Source: Candidatus Hydrogenedentota bacterium (GTDB lineage: Bacteria; Hydrogenedentota; Hydrogenedentia; Hydrogenedentales; SLHB01). Taken from it: a stretch of 64,000 bases of DNA. Position numbers and translations under genes: made by a program. The notes below the pieces were generated by a model. The model was not told the origin of the DNA and searched no databases. It worked only from the letters and a program-made list of their open reading frames with translations. Shown here piece by piece: positions 9,540 to 19,638 of this stretch; within the stretch, counting starts at the first letter, position 1, and the number at the start of each line of letters is the position of its first letter. The stretch spans positions 704,001 to 768,000 of the forward strand of contig CAXXTH010000017.1 in assembly GCA_963668025.2 (NCBI GenBank). The letters run 5' to 3'.

Positions 9540-10460
9540 ATGCGAATCGACATAGCGGCGCAGAGCGATGTAGGACGGCGTAAAAAAAACAACGAGGATA
9601 GCTATGGCGTGGTCCGCGAAGGCGCGCCAGGCGTTCAATTGTTTCAAGAAGGCGCATTTTTATGCGTCGCCGACGGCCTTGGCGGGCATATTGGCGGGGA
9701 GATCGCGAGCAAGCTCGCGGTGACGCTCGTGCGTGAAGCCTTGAAAGAGCCTTGCCCGCCGCCTCCGCCGGATGCGGAAGAACTCGATGAGCAAGGCCCG
9801 ATTCCCGTGCTCCGGGATGCGTGCGGGCGGGCCAATGAGAATATCTACCGGACCAATCAAGATCTGATCACCAAAGGGCGGCCCATGGGCACCACGCTGC
9901 TCGCCGCAGTCGTGATGCCGAAGAAAGCCTATCTCGCCAATGCGGGCGATTCCCGGGCGTACCATATCCGCGAAAGCGGCATCATCGCCCGCACGGAAGA
10001 TCACTCGTGGGTCGATGAACAAGTGAAACAAGGCCTGATGTCGAAAGATGAGGCGGAAAAAGACGCACGAAAAAATGTCGTGACCCGCTGCATTGGCACC
10101 CATCCCCAGGTCGAGATCGATACCTACACCTGGCATATCGTGCCAGGCGACATGCTGCTGCTCTGCACCGACGGGCTGGTGAACATGGTGCGCGACACCG
10201 AGATTTCCGCCGAGTTCCGCAAAGGCGGCAGCCCCGCCGAAATCGCACACCGCCTGGTGGCGCTGGCGAATGAGAATGGCGGCAAGGACAATATCACGGT
10301 GGTGGTGGCGGATATCGAACCGAGCCCGCTGACGGTGTTCATGCGCCGCTTCAAAGCGTTTCTTCGCGGGCCGGGAGCAAAACTGTTTTGGGTGCTTGCG
10401 GCCCTCCTGTACGGAGGATTATGGTTCCTCGGGGGCCTGCTCACGGGGCGTTCATTATAA
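9540..10460 (+). CDS. PP2C-family Ser/Thr phosphatase (Stp1/PrpC-like) with C-terminal TM helix
   Basis: GRRKKNNED, VADGLGGH, AGDSRAY, LCTDGL and GGKDNIT motifs. Confidence 0.93.
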   Translation: MRIDIAAQSDVGRRKKNNEDSYGVVREGAPGVQLFQEGAFLCVADGLGGHIGGEIASKLAVTLVREALKEPCPPPPPDAEELDEQGPIPVLRDACGRANENIYRTNQDLITKGRPMGTTLLAAVVMPKKAYLANAGDSRAYHIRESGIIARTEDHSWVDEQVKQGLMSKDEAEKDARKNVVTRCIGTHPQVEIDTYTWHIVPGDMLLLCTDGLVNMVRDTEISAEFRKGGSPAEIAHRLVALANENGGKDNITVVVADIEPSPLTVFMRRFKAFLRGPGAKLFWVLAALLYGGLWFLGGLLTGRSL

Positions 10461-10495
10461 ATAGATAGAATAGTAAGCCGTTTTTGGAGGCATGC

Positions 10496-10999
10496 ATGAT
10501 CAATCGGGAATATTTGAATGTCATTTCATGGGAGCAGGTGCATGCGGACGTGTATACGCTGGCGGAGCGCATCACCAGTTCCGGTTATACGCCCGATGTG
10601 ATTGTGGGCATCGGGTATGGCGGCATTATTCCCGCGACGCTGCTCTATTTCGCCCTGCCCGAAGTGCGGTTCCGCATTGCCTATCCCACGGCAAGCCAGC
10701 ATGGCGTGATTGAGCCCCTCGAGGGCATCGAAGGCAAAAAAGTATTGCTTGCGGACGACCTGGCGATCTCGGGCGACAGCCTGATGGAAATCCGTGCGGA
10801 AATTCAACGTCGCGGCGCAAGCGAGATCGCGGCGGCCTGCCTGTATTGTTCAGAAGATTACCATGGCTTGGAGCATTATGTGCGGCGGCTCCTCCCTGGA
10901 GAATTGATGGTTTTTCCCTGGTATGCCCGGGCCGGCGGCGGCGGCGTCAAGGTGTTCAAATACAAGAACCGGTTTGGCAAGCACGAGCCGATGCTCTAG
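10496..10999 (+). CDS. Type I phosphoribosyltransferase (purine PRT-like)
   Basis: VLLADDLAISGDSL PRPP loop, GIGYGG, VFPW; GGAGG RBS. Confidence 0.85.
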   Translation: MINREYLNVISWEQVHADVYTLAERITSSGYTPDVIVGIGYGGIIPATLLYFALPEVRFRIAYPTASQHGVIEPLEGIEGKKVLLADDLAISGDSLMEIRAEIQRRGASEIAAACLYCSEDYHGLEHYVRRLLPGELMVFPWYARAGGGGVKVFKYKNRFGKHEPML

Positions 11000-11046
11000 A
11001 ACGATTCAAGATTGAGTATAGCAAAGCGAATGAATTCACCTCTCCC

Positions 11047-11094
11047 GTGGCATGGACGTCCCGGCCATGCGCATGAGCGGGGACGCCATGCCAC
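11047..11094. repeat. Paired degenerate REP-like palindromes (GTGGCATGG...CCATGCCAC)
   Basis: Self-complementary ends; related to the CATGGGCGAGACGCCCATG family. Confidence 0.6.
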
Positions 11095-11208
11095 GACATT
11101 TAAAACCGGCTTGGATTTGATAGTGCGATGGGTGCCGCATCGTTGCAAATAATGTAGATCCGATCGAGGTATAAAATTCGCTGTAATATGTAAACAGTGA
11201 GGAGAAGC

Positions 11209-11838
11209 ATGGACATGCCGGAGCGCCCCGTATATCCGCTTACGCTGTACTTCATGCGGCATGCCCATTCCGTTTCACAAGAAGATCGAAGCATCGTCAT
11301 CGGCCGGGCTGCATCGCGCCCCTTGAGCGCCGAGGGCCGCAGGCAGGCCGAATCCGCCGCGAAATCCGCGCACCTATTGGGAGCCACGCGCGTATATGCC
11401 TCCACGTGCGTCCGGGCGCTGCAAACGGCAAGCTTCATGGGCCGCGCCTTCCAGATGCCTGTCATCGTAGATGAATTGCTCATCGAACGCTCGCACGGCG
11501 AACTCGATGGCCGCAAAAAAACGGAAGCATATACGCCCGAGCTAGTGGCGGAAATCCATGCGGATCAATTGCATTGGCGACCAGCAGGCGGCGAGTCCTT
11601 GGCGGATGTGGAAGAGCGAATCAAGCGCTTCCTATCCAAAATCGCAGTATCTCCGCCAGAAGGCCCTTGCCTTATCGTCACGCACCTGATGGTGTTGTGG
11701 GCCTTATTCCATCTATGCACCCAATGCAGCCATGCCATTTTGCCTTTCTTGCATGTGGATAATGCCGGTTTGGTGGAAGTGGAAATGCACAGCCTCGATT
11801 CGCTGCGCTTGATTCGCTGGAACAGGCCGTTTATATGA
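11209..11838 (+). CDS. Histidine phosphatase (phosphoglycerate mutase family)
   Basis: MRHA catalytic motif, RALQTA, GGES, IVTH. Confidence 0.88.
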   Translation: MDMPERPVYPLTLYFMRHAHSVSQEDRSIVIGRAASRPLSAEGRRQAESAAKSAHLLGATRVYASTCVRALQTASFMGRAFQMPVIVDELLIERSHGELDGRKKTEAYTPELVAEIHADQLHWRPAGGESLADVEERIKRFLSKIAVSPPEGPCLIVTHLMVLWALFHLCTQCSHAILPFLHVDNAGLVEVEMHSLDSLRLIRWNRPFI

Positions 11839-12224
11839 TATGCATACGCTTTTTACGGCGCGCCCCGGTATAGGGGAGGAGAGGGAGGGGCCAAACGGCG
11901 CGAATAACCGAACACTCCGGGCATAGCATCCGATTATGGGAGCCTTAGGTGCGCGGTCCGGCCCCTACCCTCTGGTGGTGGCATTGCAAACAGGCTGGCC
12001 AGCCCAGTATACCGGCGCTGGCGGCGTCTTCCGGCCACGACTCTTTTCGCAGGAATACCCACAAAAACCAGCCATGCCACTCCAAGGCGGAAAAATGACT
12101 CTTCCCTGGCCTTGGGCGTCAAAACCCATTCATGGGCGCTCTATTCTTCTGCTCCTATGTGTGCTCGCTTGCCGCGGTTCTCATGTAGCCGGATTACTCA
12201 TTCAGCCTAACGGCATATCATTAA

Positions 12225-12239
12225 GCAGATCTTATGCCA
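12225..12239 (-). promoter_or_regulatory. Sigma54 -24/-12 promoter
   Basis: TGGCAT-AAGAT-CTGC on the minus strand with correct GG/GC spacing. Confidence 0.6.
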
Positions 12240-12600
12240 GCATTGGCCTCAAGCGGTTTTATTGCGTAAATACTTATAGTTAAATAACTTACAAGCATAT
12301 ATCGCCTGCGCGCCCATGCATCTCGGGCAATGCCTGCTACCAAATTGTATTATTTACAAGCATAAAAAACGGATATGTAGCCTCGCCGAAGTAACTGCTA
12401 TATCAATCGCGTCCTACCTGCAGAAGGTTTCTCTTTGGACGGTTAAATTGTTACAGAGGTGAGAAAATGACTCAATACAGGCGGCTTGCCTCAAATGAGG
12501 AGAAACTTCAGGCGGCACAGGGGCCGCATATACGCTATCATTTTGTGTAAATATATGTAAATAGGCAACATAGGAGTTGATTGCAGCAGCCAGAGAGAAT

Positions 12601-12615
12601 TGGCACGGACCATGC
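12601..12615 (+). promoter_or_regulatory. Sigma54 -24/-12 promoter
   Basis: TGGCAC-GGACC-ATGC upstream of the 12755 gene. Confidence 0.65.
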
Positions 12616-12754
12616 TCTTATTCATGGCATGCGGCGTTAGGAATGTAGATGCCTACCGCCGCGGGAGCGAGAAGGCGCCGCTTGCGTAGTGTGTGTGCTA
12701 CGGGGGCGTGAAGCGCTTTGGTCCTGTCCAACAGCAAATCGAAAGGGTAGTAAG

Positions 12755-13180
12755 ATGAAGAAGACTGTATTGGCGCTAGGTCTGGCAATCGCATTGTGCA
12801 TGGTTACTATGGCTGGCGCGTATGCCCAAGCCGCAGCACCGGCTCCGGAAGCGAAAGCTCCTGCCGCAGCGGCTGCAAAAGAGATCAATGTAACGATCAC
12901 GGGCAAAATCGAAGTCAAGACGGAAACCAAGGACGGCAAAGAAGTGAAGACGGTTTCGGTCGTCGTAGCGGATGCAAAAGGCGCGGACGGCAAAGAAGTG
13001 GCTTCGCTTAAAGGCAAGACCTTGACCGTAGTCGGCGCGAAGTGCGCGGATGTCGAGAAAGTTGCCGGCAAAGACGCTTCTATCGTTGGCAAGATGAAGG
13101 AAGGCTCGACGGAACTGCAAGCGGTTAGTTGCATTGAAAAGCCGGTTGAAACTCCTGCGGCTGCTCCTGCTGCGAAGTAA
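12755..13180 (+). CDS. Small secreted Ala/Lys-rich hypothetical protein
   Basis: MKK signal peptide with AYA cleavage site, Ala/Pro linkers and a beta-rich core; followed by a hairpin. Confidence 0.8.
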   Translation: MKKTVLALGLAIALCMVTMAGAYAQAAAPAPEAKAPAAAAAKEINVTITGKIEVKTETKDGKEVKTVSVVVADAKGADGKEVASLKGKTLTVVGAKCADVEKVAGKDASIVGKMKEGSTELQAVSCIEKPVETPAAAPAAK

Positions 13181-13218
13181 GTAGAACCCAGTTTTTGCGC
13201 CAAACGGCAGTAAATATA

Positions 13219-13262
13219 ATGCCCGTGGAAGATGGATGTCTTCCACGGGCATCTATGTTTTT
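13219..13262 (+). terminator. Intrinsic terminator-like hairpin
   Basis: ATGCCCGTGGAAGA-loop-TCTTCCACGGGCAT, with a T-run shortly after. Confidence 0.7.
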
Positions 13263-13368
13263 GGGCGACATTTGTAACACTTTAGCCCAGTAGCGAAGAA
13301 TGACCGGCGAGGGCGCCGGTCCCACACATGGCATAGTAGAAAAAATGTGGGACCGACGCCCACATCGA

Positions 13369-13446
13369 TCGATATATGGAATATAATGTATCGACCTCGC
13401 TGCGGCGCAATACACAAGGCTAAAAACCAACAGATACTGCTTTACT
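13369..13446 (+). repeat. About 78-bp intergenic direct repeat, copy 1
   Basis: Near-identical to 17513-17590. Confidence 0.85.
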
Positions 13447-13651
13447 TTGCTACAATGTTAAAGAATAGTTATGAATGTCAAATAGAAATGAAGGATAGCC
13501 TCTCTGCGAAATTCTGCGTTCTTAGCGCTTCTGCGTTGAACTGGTTTTCGAATGCTTGCATGCCTGAATAGGAGGCCGTACACTGGCGGCAAGATGTGCA
13601 TATTTTTGCGTTTGATGGCAATTCAATATTGAGCTAGGAGCTGCGCCGCGG

Positions 13652-14941
13652 ATGCAAGAAGAACCAATCGAGGCGGAGCTGCGTTCCCCATTTCGCCGCC
13701 GGGCGGCGGCGATGTTTCCTGCCCTGCGCCACCGGAACTACCAGCTCTTTTTCTTCGGCCAAGGCGTATCTCTCATCGGCACCTGGATGCAACTGATCGC
13801 CTTGAGCTGGCTAGTCTACCGGCTCACCGGTTCGGGATTCATGCTGGGCGTCGTGAATTTCACGGGCCGGGTGTTCACCTTTATCATCGCCCCCTTCGCC
13901 GGAACTATCGCCGACCGGGTCGAACGCCGCCGCCTGCTCATTGCCATTCAATCGCTGGCCATGCTGCAAGCCTTCATGATGGCCGCCCTGGTGCTGGGCG
14001 GCGTGATCACCGTCTGGCAGATTATTCTGCTTAGCATCATGCTGGGCATCGTCAGCGCCGTGGATGTCCCCGTCCGGCAGTCGTTCATGATGGAGATGGT
14101 GGAAAGCCGCGCCGAGCTGCCCAGCGCCATCGCCCTCAATTCTTTTTTGGTGAATGGGGCCAAGCTCGTGGGCCCAGCCATGGCGGGTGTCATCGTGGGA
14201 ATAGTGGGTGAAGGCGTCTGCTTTTTACTCAACGGCCTCAGCTTCATCACGGTGATTGCCGCCCTGCTCTACATGAAAATACCTGCTATCCCCCGCCAGA
14301 CTTCCCAAGAACGGGTGTTGGAAAACCTAAAAGAAGGCGTCGCCTACGCATTCCACCATAAACCCATCCGCGCCCTGCTCATTCTGCTGGTCATGATTAA
14401 CCTCATTGGCACGCCCAATGTGATAGTCCTCCTCCCCATCTTCGCACGGGACATTCTCGGCGGCCACGCGGATACAATGGGATTTCTGATGGCCGCCGCA
14501 GGTGCGGGGGCCGTATTGGGGGCGCTATTTTTGGCGTTGCGGAAGTCCGTGCTCGGCCTTGAACGCATGCTGGTGCTGGCCACCATCCTGCTGGGGCTGT
14601 CCATGGTCGTATTCGCATGGTCAACGAGCCTGATGCTGTCGCTGGCCATGCAGATGCTCATCGGATTCGCCACCATGTCCGTAATGGCCTCCTGCAACAC
14701 CCTGCTCCAAACCTTATCGGATGACGATAAACGGGGCCGCATCATGGGATTTTACACCGTGGCCTTCATGGGCATGGCCCCCTTCGGAAGCCTGCTCGCG
14801 GGGGTGTTCTCGTCGCGGTTAGGCGCACCCTGGGCGGTCGTGTTGGGCGGCATGGGCTGCCTGCTCGCCGCACTCGTGTTCGCCCGGCAACTGAGCGTGT
14901 TCAAACCCGCCAACACGAAAGAATCGGAGATGCCGGTGTAA
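13652..14941 (+). CDS. MFS transporter (MFS_3/DHA3-like)
   Basis: About 12 TM helices, GTIADRVERRR motif A, ALRHRNYQLFFFGQ N-terminus. Confidence 0.92.
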   Translation: MQEEPIEAELRSPFRRRAAAMFPALRHRNYQLFFFGQGVSLIGTWMQLIALSWLVYRLTGSGFMLGVVNFTGRVFTFIIAPFAGTIADRVERRRLLIAIQSLAMLQAFMMAALVLGGVITVWQIILLSIMLGIVSAVDVPVRQSFMMEMVESRAELPSAIALNSFLVNGAKLVGPAMAGVIVGIVGEGVCFLLNGLSFITVIAALLYMKIPAIPRQTSQERVLENLKEGVAYAFHHKPIRALLILLVMINLIGTPNVIVLLPIFARDILGGHADTMGFLMAAAGAGAVLGALFLALRKSVLGLERMLVLATILLGLSMVVFAWSTSLMLSLAMQMLIGFATMSVMASCNTLLQTLSDDDKRGRIMGFYTVAFMGMAPFGSLLAGVFSSRLGAPWAVVLGGMGCLLAALVFARQLSVFKPANTKESEMPV

Positions 14942-15048
14942 GGCGCATCCATGCAATTATCCGTCAAATGCCGTTTTTCTGGCGAAGCTTTTGCATAGAA
15001 CTCATATCATATCAAATAGTTACGGTATTCGCCCTTTCGTGTGCCGTT

Positions 15049-15092
15049 GTAGGGGCGAACCGCCCTGATCGGTGGGGCAAGCCCCACCCTAC
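15049..15092. repeat. Two inverted GTAG-type REP-like units
   Basis: GTAGGGGCGAACCGCCC followed by GGTGGGGCAAGCCCCACCCTAC; IHF-consensus TATCAAATAGTTA at 15010-15022. Confidence 0.7.
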
Positions 15093-15132
15093 TGTTCGTC
15101 TCGATCCATCTTAACCTGAACGGCTTTAAATG

Positions 15133-15167
15133 AAGAACCCGCCCAAGCGCATTGGGCGGGTTCTTTT
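15133..15167. terminator. Terminator hairpin between convergent MFS gene and glnA
   Basis: AAGAACCCGCCCAA-GCGCA-TTGGGCGGGTTCTT. Confidence 0.8.
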
Positions 15168-15192
15168 CTGGCATATCGGTGTTTGAGTTTGC

Positions 15193-16617
15193 TTAGATAT
15201 CGTAATACAGCATGAACTCATACGGATGGGGCCGGATCGCAACTTGCTCGACTTCTTCTTTGGTCTTGTACTCGATCCAGGTGTCCAGCACGTCTTTCGT
15301 GAACACATCGCCTTTGAGCAGGTAATCGTGGTCGTTTTCCAGATTCTTCAAGGCTTCCGCAAGGCTGCCCGGAGTTTGTTCGATGGTGGCTTTGATCTCG
15401 GGGGGCAAATCGTAGAGATTCTTGTCCATGGGCTCGCCGGGATCAATTTTGTTCTGGATGCCATCAAGGCCCGCCATCAACATGGCCGAGAAGGCGAGAT
15501 ACGGATTGCAGCTCGGATCCGGCACGCGGAATTCAACACGCTTGGCTTTCGGGCTGGGTGAATACATCGGGATGCGGCAGCACGCGCTGCGGTTGCGGCT
15601 GGAATACGCCAAGTTCACCGGGGCTTCATAACCCGGCACGAGGCGCTTGTAGGAGTTGGTCGTGGGGTTCGTGAAGGCCACGAGGGACTTGGCGTGTTTG
15701 AGCAAGCCGCCGATGTACCAAATGGCTTCCTGGCTCAGACCGGCGTATTTGTCGCCCGCGAAGAGCGGCTTGCCGCTCTTCCACAAGCTCTGGTGGCAAT
15801 GCATGCCGGAACCGTTATCCTGGAAGAGGGGCTTGGGCATGAAGGTGACGGTCTTGCCAGCGGCCTTGGCGGTGTTTTTGATGATATATTTGTACAGGGT
15901 GAGCTGGTCGGCCATCTTGGTCATGGGCGAAAAGCGCAGGTCGATCTCCGCCTGGCCTGCCGTGGCCACTTCATGGTGGTGGCACTCGACATCCAGCCCG
16001 CACTCGAGCATGGTGGCGACCATCTTGCTGCGGAGATTCTGTTGCGAATCCGCAGGAGGAACGGGGAAATAGCCTTCCTTGAAGCGAAGCTTGTAACCCA
16101 GGTTGGGCATTTCGTCGCGGCCGCTGTTCCAGATGCCTTCCACGCTGTCTACTTCGTAGTAGCCGCTATAGGGAGTCTGGTCATACCGCACGTCATCAAA
16201 GATGAAGAATTCCGCTTCCGGCCCGAAATAACACAGGTCGGCGATCCCGGTCGAGATCAGGTAATTTTCCGCTTTTTGCGAGATATTCCGAGGGCAGCGC
16301 GAATAACGCTCCTTGGTGATGGGGTCGAGAATGTTCGAATACAGAATCATGGTGGGGATGTCCGTGAACGGATCGAGCGTAGCCGTTGTCGGGTCGGGCA
16401 TGACTAGCATGTCGCTTTCATTGATGGCCTGCCAGCCACGCATGCTGGAGCCGTCAAAGCCCAGTCCGTCTTCGAACATGTCTTCCGACAATTCCGATAC
16501 GGGCACCGTGAAGTGCTGCATCAAGCCGGGGAAGTCCATGAACCGGAAGTCCACGAACTGAACCGCATGTTCTTTAGCGAATTGAACGACGTCTTTTGGG
16601 GTGAAATCCTTGTGCAT
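15193..16617 (-). CDS. glnA: Type I glutamine synthetase
   Basis: [29 protein letters not shown]; adenylylation-site motif NLYDLP. Confidence 0.98.
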   Translation of the reverse strand: MHKDFTPKDVVQFAKEHAVQFVDFRFMDFPGLMQHFTVPVSELSEDMFEDGLGFDGSSMRGWQAINESDMLVMPDPTTATLDPFTDIPTMILYSNILDPITKERYSRCPRNISQKAENYLISTGIADLCYFGPEAEFFIFDDVRYDQTPYSGYYEVDSVEGIWNSGRDEMPNLGYKLRFKEGYFPVPPADSQQNLRSKMVATMLECGLDVECHHHEVATAGQAEIDLRFSPMTKMADQLTLYKYIIKNTAKAAGKTVTFMPKPLFQDNGSGMHCHQSLWKSGKPLFAGDKYAGLSQEAIWYIGGLLKHAKSLVAFTNPTTNSYKRLVPGYEAPVNLAYSSRNRSACCRIPMYSPSPKAKRVEFRVPDPSCNPYLAFSAMLMAGLDGIQNKIDPGEPMDKNLYDLPPEIKATIEQTPGSLAEALKNLENDHDYLLKGDVFTKDVLDTWIEYKTKEEVEQVAIRPHPYEFMLYYDI

Positions 16618-16759
16618 TGCAACCTCCGTGCCTCACGCAGTCTTCGTGTCGTATATGTGCCGCGGAAACAACCCGCACTGGCGGGCCGCCCGCATGCTCC
16701 CAACCGGCTGTGGCGCATCACATTGCGCCGCGAAACCACCGGCATGCTGTAACTTGGCC

Positions 16760-17223
<464 letters not shown>

Positions 17224-17512
17224 ATAAAATCCCCCACACCGGCGGAAGACCCTCATCGGACGTAACACCTTGTCTTAGAGCATATTATGCGCCACGGCAC
17301 TTTTTCGGGCGCATGACTTTCCTTTTATACAAACAACATTTGTGTGTATTTTATTTTTCGATTCCTACCAAATGGTATCCCGTGGATGGAGCTGGGCTTA
17401 TCCCATCACGAGCGCCACGTTATGAAAATCGGTAATACTTTAGCCGACTGAAGTAGCATCTTGTATTTGGCTGCTTTGTTTATTTCTTTTCTCCGGCCTT
17501 GAATTGAGTCGG

Positions 17513-17590
17513 TCGATACATGGAATATAATGTATCGGTCTCGCTGCGGCGCAATACACAAGGTAAAAAACCATCAGATACTGCTTCACT
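17513..17590 (+). repeat. About 78-bp intergenic direct repeat, copy 2
   Basis: Near-identical to 13369-13446. Confidence 0.85.
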
Positions 17591-17593
17591 GGG

Positions 17594-18121
17594 CTAAAGT
17601 GTTACGAAAATTTTGTACAGCCAGGCGGCAGCGATACCTATCGCGCCCAATCGCCAAAACCACCGTATAAATGCCGCCGAATCAAATATTCGCCACCACC
17701 ATCCGGCCAGCGAAGAGGCGAAAAGCCCAGCCATGAAAAGAGCGGTTCCAAACGCCAGAAGCGCGCCTGCGGGCTGGGCGATGAAAGCGGCCCGCACTTG
17801 TCCGTGCGCCATGCAGGCAAAGGCGGTAGTCATGCCGCAAAACGGACAGGGAATCCCCAGCAGCGATTGTGTCATGCAGGGAGGCAGGAAGAACTGCTCA
17901 TGCGTGCCATATCCCCGAGGATCCGGATGAAGCCAGTATGCGGCGATGAAAAGAACTAGCAACCCACACGCCGCACCGAGCGCCATACGCCGCTCGATTG
18001 TATCCAAGCGCCGCCAGGCGCGATGGGAGATTGGAAGCCTGGCTTCCTTGCTTGCGGGTGGGCATGCCGGCATTTTAGCTATTCCTTCCCCCTTGGGGAG
18101 GCGGCTGTTCGGCGTTACCAC
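17594..18121 (-). CDS. DUF2752-family membrane protein
   Basis: PPC...GIPCPFCGMTTA motif and TM helices. Start uncertain. Confidence 0.8.
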   Translation of the reverse strand: MVTPNSRLPKGEGIAKMPACPPASKEARLPISHRAWRRLDTIERRMALGAACGLLVLFIAAYWLHPDPRGYGTHEQFFLPPCMTQSLLGIPCPFCGMTTAFACMAHGQVRAAFIAQPAGALLAFGTALFMAGLFASSLAGWWWRIFDSAAFIRWFWRLGAIGIAAAWLYKIFVTL

Positions 18122-19176
18122 TTGGCGTTACGCCGGGCTTGTACAATCGCCGTGCGCGTATGCAGATCCACGTCACTCAGGAAATGGAATCGCGGCGCTA
18201 AACCTTCCCGCCCGATGCCTGCATCGCCCCGCGCGCAATCCTCCCGCACGATAGTGAATCCCGTCTGCCGCATGAGGCGGATATGGACGCTATGCGGCTG
18301 GCGGTTCAGCAAATACGGCCGGTTGCCCGAGATGCAGCGCCACACCAGGTCGCCATATCCCCAGTGTCCATTCCAGGTATTGGCGAGATTATGGCATTTA
18401 TAGTCAATATGGTGTGAGGCGATGCATCCCGGCTTGAGCGCCCGGTGGATGGTTTCATATGCATGCGGCAATTCGGTCACATGCTCCATGACGTTATGCG
18501 AGAATAAGAATTCCACTTGGCCTTCTGGGAAATCCTTCGTGTCATACCATGGCGCGCAATAGCGCACCATGATGCCGTCCGCAGGCTTGCCCGGATTCGA
18601 CAACGCGGCGCGAATGGCTTGCAGGCGGGCGGGCGCCAGCGCCGCAACCAAATTCGGCTCCGCGAGGATGGAGCTAGGAAATGCATACCCAGGCAGCTCG
18701 GGCAGCAAAATGGGATCTTGAAATTCGTTGGGAATCGGAGCGCGCGCATCGAAAAGGGCATGAATTTCGTCGAAATAGGCGAGGTTGCGTTCCGTATCGC
18801 TGAAGGCTACGGCGTCAAAGGCATGGTATTCGCGCGCGCCGGAAAACAACGCCGCGATGCCAGCCCCCAATGAATCGCCCGGCCCGAGTTCAGCGACAAC
18901 CGAGGGCATCGCCTGGAGCCCGCGTTCATGGGCAAGCGTTAGGTGGCGCATCCATATGGAATAGCATCGCCGGGCTGAGGTGCGCCCTCCTGCGGTATTG
19001 CGTTTAAACCAGGGCTTGATGATGCGCCATCCTGGCAAAAATGTGGCAAGTCCTGTGGCGCAACGGTATAGAGTCAGCCGATCCACGCAGTGCCGCCTTT
19101 CTGGTCCGGAAGGGATTGAATTCATTCCATGCACGGGCGGGATCGTATGCCATACGCCACGTGGAATCAACCGCAT
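18115..19176 (-). CDS. Class I SAM-dependent methyltransferase
   Basis: VAELGPGDSLG motif I, FSHNVMEHV, LKPG. Start may be ATG 19128. Confidence 0.8.
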   Translation of the reverse strand: MRLIPRGVWHTIPPVHGMNSIPSGPERRHCVDRLTLYRCATGLATFLPGWRIIKPWFKRNTAGGRTSARRCYSIWMRHLTLAHERGLQAMPSVVAELGPGDSLGAGIAALFSGAREYHAFDAVAFSDTERNLAYFDEIHALFDARAPIPNEFQDPILLPELPGYAFPSSILAEPNLVAALAPARLQAIRAALSNPGKPADGIMVRYCAPWYDTKDFPEGQVEFLFSHNVMEHVTELPHAYETIHRALKPGCIASHHIDYKCHNLANTWNGHWGYGDLVWRCISGNRPYLLNRQPHSVHIRLMRQTGFTIVREDCARGDAGIGREGLAPRFHFLSDVDLHTRTAIVQARRNAKW

Positions 19177-19638
19177 GCCCCGTGCGTTGAATGAAATTCA
19201 ACGGTTCATTCCTGAACGAGGGGATTTCCAAAAATGGAGCAAGTAAGCCAAAACAAGAAAATCCCAGTGAAATACGCCGAAGAGAACAAGAAAGCGGCAG
19301 CAATGGCGTGAAAAGAATGACTTTTGGGATGCCCATACAGGGCATTTCGGGGGAGCATTTGTACCCAGGGGCTCCCTTGCCCTTCGGGCGGCGGTCGGCC
19401 CTGGGCTGTGCTGGGATGTCCCTTCGGGACACGCTTACATTACCGGCATGATTCAACATATATACCCGCATGATTTGGCATACACGAAAATGAAATGAAC
19501 CAGTAGTAGGGGCAAGAAACCAACAGAAAATACTGCATTGACAGTTTTCCAGAGGAGAAGTAGAATTAAGCAGTATTCTTATTTTATCCGAATGGGGTGG
19601 CTTGTCGATTTCTTGAACTGGAGCAAGGAGGACGGGGC

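Noticed and set aside
11936-12283. 115-aa plus-strand ORF
   Set aside because: No domain or clear RBS spacing; overlaps a sigma54 motif and stem-rich sequence. Not fully excluded.
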